Assembly (NCBI GenBank): GCA_017482495.1
Contig: JAFUMU010000083.1
Coordinates: 3,342 to 67,341, forward strand
Length of the DNA: 64,000 nt
Direction: 5' to 3'
Origin: Clostridia bacterium
GTDB taxonomy: Bacteria; Bacillota; Clostridia; Oscillospirales; CAG-272
The position numbers and the translations under genes are program-made. Position 1 is the first letter of the stretch. Every line of letters starts with the position of its first letter. The notes under the pieces are model-generated. The model made no database searches and was not told the origin of the DNA. It saw only the letters and a program-made list of their open reading frames with translations. This document shows, piece by piece, positions 57,160 to 64,000 of the stretch.

Positions 57160-57651
57160 ATGATCCTATCCTTTGCTATAATGCTTCTGGCAGTAGCGCT
57201 GGACCAGATATCAAAATATCTTGTAGTACAAAACATGGATCTTTTTGAATCTGTTCCCGTTATACCCGGATTTTTCCGATTCACCTATATCGAGAATAAA
57301 GGTGCGGCATTCGGAATGCTTGCAGAGCATAGATGGGTGTTTCTTATAGTATCCACAGTTGCTATTGCGGCATTTGTTTTCTATCTTGTAAAATACCGTC
57401 CCCGTGACCTTCTTCTCAGAATATCCGCATCCTTTATAATAGGCGGCGGAGTGGGCAATATGATCGACCGTTGTCTGAGAGGAAGTGTGGTGGACTTTAT
57501 CGACGTTGAATTTATAGACTTTTATATATTCAACGTTGCAGATATGTTCGTGTGCGTTGGCTGCGGACTTATGATACTTTATCTTATTTTGTCAGAGATA
57601 AAGGAAAAAAAGAAAAATAAAGCTGAAGGGGAAACAGACTCAAATGAATAA
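57160..57651 (+). CDS. lspA: Signal peptidase II
   Basis: Contains DQISKYLV, NKGAAFG and FNVADMF motifs. Confidence 0.9.
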   Translation: MILSFAIMLLAVALDQISKYLVVQNMDLFESVPVIPGFFRFTYIENKGAAFGMLAEHRWVFLIVSTVAIAAFVFYLVKYRPRDLLLRISASFIIGGGVGNMIDRCLRGSVVDFIDVEFIDFYIFNVADMFVCVGCGLMILYLILSEIKEKKKNKAEGETDSNE

Positions 57652-58588
57652 CGCTGTTACAGCAGACTATAAATTGACAGTTGCCTCTGACAAAGCAGGT
57701 ACGCGCCTTGATAGCTTTATTGCAGAGCATACGCCCCTGAGCCGCAGTGCGGCACAGGGGCTTCTTCCGGAAAACAAAATAACAGTTAACGGTAAATGCG
57801 TGTCAAAAAGCTGTAAGCTGAAGGCAGGAGATATCATCGAGGTATTTCTCCCCGAAGCTGAATTGTGTGAAGCAGTGCCCGAGGATATCCCCCTTGATAT
57901 CGTCTACGAGGACGATGATGTGGTGGTGATAAATAAGCCTCAGGGAATGGTTGTCCATCCCGCACCGGGACATGAAAGAGGTACACTTGTAAATGCTGTC
58001 ATGTTCCACTGCAAGGACAGCCTCTCTGATATTAACGGAGTTATCCGTCCCGGTATCGTCCATAGGATAGATCGTGACACAAGCGGACTTCTTATCGTTG
58101 CAAAAAATAACGAGGCACACCTTGCCCTTGCCGCTCAGCTTGAGGACCATTCTCTTTCCAGAGTTTACAAAACTATCCTCTGCGGAAGACTCAAGGGAGA
58201 CGGAACTGTGGACGCTCCCATCGGACGCCATAAAACTGACAGAAAGAAAATGGCAATATCCCCCGACGGCAGACGCGCCGTCACTCACTATAAGCAGATT
58301 TGCGAGCTGGAGGGAGGCTTTTGCCTGGCGGAAATGCGTCTTGAAACAGGAAGGACCCATCAGATAAGAGTCCATATGGCACATATAGGCCACCCGGTTC
58401 TTGGCGACCCTGTGTACGGAAGACCTACCCAGTTTGAAAAAAAGCATCCGTCTCTCTTTATGGGGCAATGCCTGCACGCAGGCGAGCTTACCTTTCGCCA
58501 TCCCCGCGACGGCAGAGAGGTCACGGTCACAGCTCCCTTGCCTGAAAATTTCAAGAGAATACTGACCTTGCTTGGTTATGAGCAATAA
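57644..58588 (+). CDS. rluD: RluA-family 23S rRNA pseudouridine synthase
   Basis: S4 domain followed by HRIDRDTSGLLIVAK and GRTHQIRVH. Confidence 0.9.
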   Translation: MNNAVTADYKLTVASDKAGTRLDSFIAEHTPLSRSAAQGLLPENKITVNGKCVSKSCKLKAGDIIEVFLPEAELCEAVPEDIPLDIVYEDDDVVVINKPQGMVVHPAPGHERGTLVNAVMFHCKDSLSDINGVIRPGIVHRIDRDTSGLLIVAKNNEAHLALAAQLEDHSLSRVYKTILCGRLKGDGTVDAPIGRHKTDRKKMAISPDGRRAVTHYKQICELEGGFCLAEMRLETGRTHQIRVHMAHIGHPVLGDPVYGRPTQFEKKHPSLFMGQCLHAGELTFRHPRDGREVTVTAPLPENFKRILTLLGYEQ

Positions 58589-58626
58589 AAAATGCAGTAT
58601 CACGTTTTGTGATACTGCATTTTTTA
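58587..58626. terminator. Bidirectional intrinsic terminator
   Basis: AAAAAATGCAGTATCAC-GTTTTGT-GATACTGCATTTTTT. Confidence 0.8.
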
Positions 58627-58627
58627 T

Positions 58628-59340
58628 TTAAAGCTTGTCGAAAAACTGTTGCTTGTTTGTAACCTCTTCTGCCAAAACCGCCTGCTCCTCAGCATATACC
58701 AAAAGATCATATATGGGTCTCATTGCCAAAAAAGTCTGCCTCACCTGCTCCGCAAGATCAGGAGAAAAAAGCTGTTTTCCCGAGGGAAATACCGTAATCG
58801 AATAGTCTTCCTGTCAAGCCAAATCCGTTTATCTTCAGAATAGTGGGGATAACGGCTTCTTTTGTACATTTCTCCGTCAATGACTATTTCCTCATTTGCC
58901 ATCAAAACATCTCTTGCGCGAATATACATAGGATGGTCGGAAGCGACCATCTTTCTTATCTCCGCCATAACTGGAGTCTTCGTACAATAGTAACCGCAAC
59001 CGTAGAAAAATGTACCGGGCGAAATAATAAAATAAAATTCCGGCCACGCCTGAAAGCACTTCTTGTCACGTCTGAAAGATACCCACAGCATATCTCTGTA
59101 CAAGCTTCCTTTTGCAAAACGCGCATCTCTGTATATACGTGAGACCGTATTTCTCGGTAATGTAATTATGTGTGGATCTATGTCCTCAACAGCAGGAGCA
59201 ACATACTGAGAAAGTGCCACAAGCGGCTCTTGCACATACTTTTTATATTTATCTTTATGCTCCTCAAACCATACCTTGCTGTTCATAAAAGCATTTTCTG
59301 CTATAAAATCAAGGGTTTCGGGGTAAAAAATCGTCTTCAT
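58628..59340 (-). pseudogene. DUF2461 (TIGR02453-like) gene with frameshift at a T6 run (A6 on the + strand)
   Basis: Track ORF 58741-59340 ends as ...FPRENSFFLLILRSR*. The -1 frame continues SPDLAEQVRQTFLAMRPIYDLLVYAEEQAVLAEEVTNKQQFFDKL* and ends at 58628, next to the terminator. Confidence 0.6.
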
Positions 59341-59349
59341 ATCTCTCTG

Positions 59350-61149
59350 TTAATTATTCATAAGAAAATCAAACAGCTCTTCAAAATCACTTTTGCGATT
59401 TGCATTCACATAGGCATTGAGTGCTGTTGCAATATCAGCCATATACTTCTTTCTCTTGGCAGCATCTGCGGCACTCTCGCCCCTATTTTCCTCTGCTGGC
59501 GCTTTAGTATATGCCACAGCCTTATCATATGCCTCTCTGCACAAAGCCTCCAGCTCTTTATCGCTGAACTTAAGGCGCAGAGTTTTCTCCATTGTACCGA
59601 TCTTATTCTTTATTTCTTCATCAGTAAAATTCTTACCTGCTCCCAGATCACGTAGAAGTGAAACCGCAAGATATGCGCTCATGGCTTCAACGCTTTTATA
59701 GCCTGCGGCTATATTAAAGAACATAAGAGCAGAGGAAATGTCCCCGTTTTTCCACGCCTTCTTAGCGGATGCCACAGACTTTTCAATGCTGTCCTTTGTT
59801 ACTATATCTTTAACGCTTGTGACTACAGCAGATGCTATAGTCTTATTTCCTGTAATCGAGAATTTTCTCTGAATGTATGGGTCTACGATATCCAGTATTG
59901 CTGCAAAAATAGCCTTTTCTCTGTCACTCAGATCATCTCTCTTGCGCAGAGTCTCAATGGACTGCAATACAAAAGACTCTTCCATACGCGATAAGGTCTG
60001 AGCCAGTCTGCAATAAAGGTCCAGCAAAAGTGCTCCGCTTATACCCTCATAGCAGGCATCCTCACAGAGGAGTATTGCAGAATTGTAGTCGGATTTCGTC
60101 TCCACAAGCTGAAGTGCCTGTGTGTATTTTTCCATAGCCTGCTCTGTTCTCTTCTTTTTCAGCTCTGCAACCTTTCCTTGAAGGGCATTAGCTGTATTCA
60201 CGCAGAATCTTTCTACGTCCTTATTCTGTATTCCCTCTCCGATAACCTGAAGGAGATGCTTATAATTATTTTCCATACGGGACGGCTCTGTCTCTCCCAT
60301 AGCGGCTACTGCCACAGCCGCCGCTTCTCCGTCTCTATTATTCATTGAAGCCGAATATCTGATCTTTCGGATAGCCTCGTCTGCATTGCCTGCCGCCATT
60401 TCTGCCATGGCTTCCTCAATTGCTTTGATACCGCTCCTTGTGCGTCTGAGAGTATTTTCATATTCTCTGATGCTTGTACTTATGGTTTCAACGTCGATGA
60501 TCTTCATTTTAGCAAAGGTGATCGCACGAAGGATAAGACCTATCACCAGGTATATCACATACAGAGCTCCTGCCGTCAAGACCGCTCTTACGATCACAGA
60601 AGCCTCAAACACTGCCGTCATTGCTACCGCTGCCGCAAATGCCGCAAAAACTGCAACAAGCGGACCGATCGTCATATATAAACGTAACCTATCCAGCTTG
60701 CCGCACTCATCAGGGATCACAGCACAATAGTAGTGTATCTTCTTAAAAAGCTCTTCTTCATCATCCGGAACACTGTATTCATCCTCATCCTTTATCTTCG
60801 CCGCAGGACGCAGACGCATAAGAACTGAGGTGAGGACAGTAAGCGCTACCACAACGCCAACTGATATCAATGCAGCACCTATACTGTTCGCATCAACGGG
60901 CAAATACTGAAGAAGCAATGTGTACTCGCACATCAATGAGTTATCCGTAAAAGCTTCTTCTCCGTACATCCCTATTATTGTATTGAGTATAACAAACAAC
61001 GCCCCCGCAAAGACCGCAAGAGTGTAAACCAGTCCTGTTGAATTATTAACAGATAAAGCCTTGGGCAGTCTTCTCTTGACCATTTTATAGTCCTCTGCCA
61101 AGGTTATACATGAGCTTTTCAGCCTTTCAAAAGCCTTATTATCGTCCAT
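59350..61149 (-). CDS. Polytopic membrane protein with large helical cytoplasmic domain, unknown function
   Basis: 599 aa. Several N-terminal TM helices, then about 370 aa of helical sequence with no motif I recognise. Confidence 0.5.
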   Translation of the reverse strand: MDDNKAFERLKSSCITLAEDYKMVKRRLPKALSVNNSTGLVYTLAVFAGALFVILNTIIGMYGEEAFTDNSLMCEYTLLLQYLPVDANSIGAALISVGVVVALTVLTSVLMRLRPAAKIKDEDEYSVPDDEEELFKKIHYYCAVIPDECGKLDRLRLYMTIGPLVAVFAAFAAAVAMTAVFEASVIVRAVLTAGALYVIYLVIGLILRAITFAKMKIIDVETISTSIREYENTLRRTRSGIKAIEEAMAEMAAGNADEAIRKIRYSASMNNRDGEAAAVAVAAMGETEPSRMENNYKHLLQVIGEGIQNKDVERFCVNTANALQGKVAELKKKRTEQAMEKYTQALQLVETKSDYNSAILLCEDACYEGISGALLLDLYCRLAQTLSRMEESFVLQSIETLRKRDDLSDREKAIFAAILDIVDPYIQRKFSITGNKTIASAVVTSVKDIVTKDSIEKSVASAKKAWKNGDISSALMFFNIAAGYKSVEAMSAYLAVSLLRDLGAGKNFTDEEIKNKIGTMEKTLRLKFSDKELEALCREAYDKAVAYTKAPAEENRGESAADAAKRKKYMADIATALNAYVNANRKSDFEELFDFLMNN

Positions 61150-61227
61150 TTTATACCTGCCGTCACATATTATGTATATATTATACTTGACTGTAACAAT
61201 TTGTCAAGGAAAAGCTGTACATAACAG

Positions 61228-61254
61228 AAAAGGGCTGCCGAAAGACAGCCCTTT
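61228..61254 (-). terminator. Intrinsic terminator after typA
   Basis: Minus strand: AAAGGGCTGTCTTTCGGCAGCCCTTTTC. Confidence 0.7.
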
Positions 61255-61262
61255 ATTATGTC

Positions 61263-63098
61263 TTATTTCTGAGCTTTCTTAAGCTTAGCCTCTTCCTTGA
61301 GACGAAGCTCTGTATTGAGTATCCTCTTTCTCAGTCTGATAGACTTGGGAGTCACCTCCATAAGCTCGTCCTCGCCGATAAATTCGATAGCCTGCTCAAG
61401 ACTGAACACCTTGTGAGGAACAAGTCTGAGCGCTTCATCCGCTCCGCTGGAACGGATAGCTGTCAGATGCTTCTTCTTACAAACATTGAGGGCAATATCC
61501 ATCTGCTTGGGGCATTCGCCAACGATCATTCCCTCGTATACGGGGGTCTGAACGCCGATGAACATTGTACCTCTGTCCTGACAGTTGAAGAGGCCGTAGG
61601 ATGTGGACTCGCCTGCCTCGCTTGCAACAAGGCTGCCTGTGTATCTTGTTGTGATCTCTCCCTTGAAGGGCTCGTATCCTGCGAAGATGGATGCCATGAT
61701 GCCCTCTCCGCGAGTATCTGTGAGAAATTCGCTTCTGTAGCCGAAGAGTCCACGTGCGGGGATAACATATTCGATCTTCATTCTTGTTCCGCGGAGGTTC
61801 ATTTCAAGAAGCTCGCCCTTTCTTGAGCCAAGCTTTTCGATAACTGTACCAACGTATTCCTCGGGAACGTCAAGGGTAACCTTTTCCATAGGCTCGTGCT
61901 TCTTGCCGTCTATCTCCTTATAAAGCACGTGAGGTGTGGAGCAGCAGAGCTCGTAGCCCTCTCGTCTCATATTCTCGATGAGAATGGAAAGGTGCATCTC
62001 TCCTCGTCCTGCAACCTTGAAGCTGTCGGTGGTCTCGCCGTCTTCAACTCTGAGGGAAACGTCGCGAAGTGTTTCCTTATAAAGTCTTTCTCTGATCTGA
62101 CGGCTTGTTACGAACTTGCCCTCCTTACCTGCGAAGGGGCTGTCATTAACGGCAAAGGTCATTTCCAGCGTGGGCTCGCTTACCTTAACGAATTCAAGCG
62201 CTTCGGGAGCTTCAACTGCTGTGATAGTGTCACCGATGGTGATGGACTCAGCGCCGGAGAAGCAAACGATGTCGCCGACAGTTGCGCTGTCGACAGTTTT
62301 CTTGCCCAGACCGTCGTACTGATAGAGAGAAACGATCTTAGTTTTCTTGGGGGCAGCGTCGGGTGTGTGGAAGTTAACGATAACTGCCTCTCCGCCTACC
62401 TTCATAGTACCTCTTTCGATTCTGCCTATACCGATCCTACCAACGTAGTCGTTATAGTCGATGGAGGAAACCAGCATCTGAAGGGGCTCGTCGGGCTCGC
62501 CCTCGGGCTGGGGGATATATTCAAGAATAGTATCAAGCAGAGGCTTAAGGTCGGTTCCCTCACCGTGGGGGTCAATAGATGCCGTACCTGCTCTGCCGGA
62601 ACAGAAGAGCATGGGAGAATCAAGCTGCTCGTCTGTTGCATCAAGCTCAAGAAGAAGCTCAAGCACCTCGTCGATTACCTCATCGATTCTTGCATCGGGA
62701 CGGTCTATCTTGTTAACAACAACGATCACTCTGTGGCCAAGCTCCATCGCTCTCTGAAGAACAAATCTTGTCTGAGGCATGGGACCCTCTGCAGCGTCTA
62801 CAAGAAGGATAACGCCGTTAACCATCTTAAGGATACGCTCGACCTCACCGCCGAAGTCTGCGTGTCCGGGTGTATCTACAATATTGATCTTAACATCTTT
62901 ATAAATAACAGAAGTATTCTTTGCAAGGATGGTGATACCGCGCTCACGCTCAATATCGCCCGAGTCCATAACTCTGTCCTGCACCACCTGATTTTCGTGA
63001 TATTCACCGCACTGCTTGAGCATTTCGTCAACAAGGGTAGTCTTACCGTGGTCAACGTGAGCGATGATAGCCACATTTCTTAAATCTTCTCTCTTCAT
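61263..63098 (-). CDS. typA: Translational GTPase TypA/BipA
   Basis: Trimmed to [22 protein letters not shown]. Contains [11 protein letters not shown] and NKID motifs. Confidence 0.95.
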   Translation of the reverse strand: MKREDLRNVAIIAHVDHGKTTLVDEMLKQCGEYHENQVVQDRVMDSGDIERERGITILAKNTSVIYKDVKINIVDTPGHADFGGEVERILKMVNGVILLVDAAEGPMPQTRFVLQRAMELGHRVIVVVNKIDRPDARIDEVIDEVLELLLELDATDEQLDSPMLFCSGRAGTASIDPHGEGTDLKPLLDTILEYIPQPEGEPDEPLQMLVSSIDYNDYVGRIGIGRIERGTMKVGGEAVIVNFHTPDAAPKKTKIVSLYQYDGLGKKTVDSATVGDIVCFSGAESITIGDTITAVEAPEALEFVKVSEPTLEMTFAVNDSPFAGKEGKFVTSRQIRERLYKETLRDVSLRVEDGETTDSFKVAGRGEMHLSILIENMRREGYELCCSTPHVLYKEIDGKKHEPMEKVTLDVPEEYVGTVIEKLGSRKGELLEMNLRGTRMKIEYVIPARGLFGYRSEFLTDTRGEGIMASIFAGYEPFKGEITTRYTGSLVASEAGESTSYGLFNCQDRGTMFIGVQTPVYEGMIVGECPKQMDIALNVCKKKHLTAIRSSGADEALRLVPHKVFSLEQAIEFIGEDELMEVTPKSIRLRKRILNTELRLKEEAKLKKAQK

Positions 63099-63239
63099 AA
63101 AACCAATTCCAATCTTTTGAATTTCCAACTATTTATTATAACGCAGGATCACACATATATCAAGAACTTTTTTGGATTTTTAGGGAAAAAGAAAGATAAA
63201 AAGTTTTTTCATATATATGTGAGCAAATTAATAAACTAC

Positions 63240-63268
63240 TTGAAAAAAATAAGGGAATGTGATAAGAT
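63240..63268 (+). promoter_or_regulatory. Sigma-A type promoter
   Basis: TTGAAA, 17 bp spacer, TAAGAT. Confidence 0.5.
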
Positions 63269-63317
63269 TAGTGTAGAAAATAATGCCGATACGGCTATAT
63301 ACGGAGGTCATTCTGAA

Positions 63318-64000
63318 ATGGAAAAAGTTATTAATGTTACCATCTGGAACGAATTCAGACATGAGAAGACAGTCGATGAAGTAAAAGCACTTTATCCTGA
63401 CGGAATCCATGCTTACCTCAAGGGCGTTCTTGAGTGCGACGAGGTAAAGATCACACTTGCAGCTCTTGACGACGGTCCTGAGCACGGTCTTACAGATGAT
63501 GTGCTTAACAACACCGACGTTCTTATGTGGTGGGCACACATGGCGCATCACGAAGTAAGCGATGCTATTGTTGAAAAGGTGCGCGAGAGAGTATATATGG
63601 GTATGGGTCTTATCGTTATGCACTCCGGACACTACTCCAAGGTATTCCAGAGAGTAGTCGGCACAACAGGTAACCTGCTTTGGGGCGCAAACGTTAAGGA
63701 GATCGTTTGGAACATCAACCCCACTCACCCCATCGCCGAGGGTATCCCCTCTCACTTCAAGCTTGATGCTGAAGAGATCTATTCCGAGCCCTTCCAGATC
63801 CCCCAGCCCGAGGAGCTTGTATTCAGCGGTTGGTATGAAACAGGCTATGTATTCCGCAGCGGCTGCTGCTGGACACGCGGCTTCGGTAAGGTGTTCTACT
63901 TCCAGCCCGGTCACGAGACAGTTCCCACATATCACAACAAGCACGTTCAGAGAATTCTGGCAAACGCTATCCGTTGGGCTGCCCCCAAGGAAACAGGCTT
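63318..64000 (+). CDS. ThuA-domain protein, 3' end cut by window edge
   Basis: My own translation; the ORF is absent from the track because it is open at the edge. Reads MEKVINVTIWNEFRHEK...DVLMWWAHMAHHEVSD...LIVMHSGHYSKVF...FRSGCCWTRGFGKVFYFQPGHETVPTYH. GGAGG lies upstream. Confidence 0.8.
   Translation, partial: MEKVINVTIWNEFRHEKTVDEVKALYPDGIHAYLKGVLECDEVKITLAALDDGPEHGLTDDVLNNTDVLMWWAHMAHHEVSDAIVEKVRERVYMGMGLIVMHSGHYSKVFQRVVGTTGNLLWGANVKEIVWNINPTHPIAEGIPSHFKLDAEEIYSEPFQIPQPEELVFSGWYETGYVFRSGCCWTRGFGKVFYFQPGHETVPTYHNKHVQRILANAIRWAAPKETG

Noticed and set aside
57803-58603. 266-aa ORF antisense to rluD
   Set aside because: The opposite strand encodes an RluA-family pseudouridine synthase with catalytic HRIDRDTSG.
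61896-63083. 395-aa ORF antisense to typA
   Set aside because: The opposite strand encodes an unmistakable TypA/BipA GTPase.
63228-63944. 238-aa ORF on the minus strand at the right edge
   Set aside because: The + strand carries an open ThuA-domain reading frame with an RBS and strong family motifs. The minus ORF is its antisense shadow.

Overview
This looks like core chromosome from a moderate-GC Firmicute of Clostridia type. That is my inference from gene content, GGAGG-type ribosome-binding sites (RBS), TTGACA/17 bp/TATAAT promoters and protein sequences; no database search was run. There are about 60 protein genes, mostly housekeeping. Left to right: a partial type IIA topoisomerase B gene (left edge, missing from the ORF track), an MBOAT/DHHW O-acyltransferase pair, a YnbB-like PLP enzyme, and a NiCo (czcD-type) riboswitch in front of a CDF exporter. 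Next come a pyrC-pyrK-pyrD-pyrF-pyrB-pyrI cluster, a COG0523 metallochaperone pair, pduL, pgk-tpiA, a FliB-like Cys-cluster protein, and a HAD hydrolase interrupted by an in-frame TGA. These are followed by a NifS-like desulfurase, glyA, a dGTPase-like HD protein, membrane pyrophosphatase hppA, a DUF4091 protein plus an S8 protease, rbsK-ruvX-pgeF, and a TPP riboswitch with thiT. The right half holds DUF4867, an alanine/glycine:cation symporter, tRNA-Ser(GGA), a small HTH plus Cys-rich gene trio, T-box-thrS, nfnAB, cysK, a yhaO/yhaN-like nuclease/ATPase pair, and a ylmE-sepF-ylmH-divIVA-lspA-rluD cluster. It ends with a frameshifted DUF2461 gene, typA and a partial ThuA gene (right edge, also missing from the track). 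I saw no rRNA, CRISPR array, transposase or integrase. The most unusual signal is non-coding. A modular, hairpin-dense repeat family occurs at six intergenic loci in 64 kb, plus one solo hairpin. Each full copy has an L hairpin, a core with a closing helix around three hairpins, and one or two R modules. Five of the six multi-module loci lie between convergent genes, copies occur in both orientations, and stems are kept by compensatory changes between copies. I cannot assign it to a repeat or RNA family I know. Other items worth a second look are a promoter-to-terminator sRNA candidate and a hairpin array next to tRNA-Ser, the fused GTPase-like/DUF1980-like partner of the His/Cys-repeat COG0523 protein, and the two disrupted genes.
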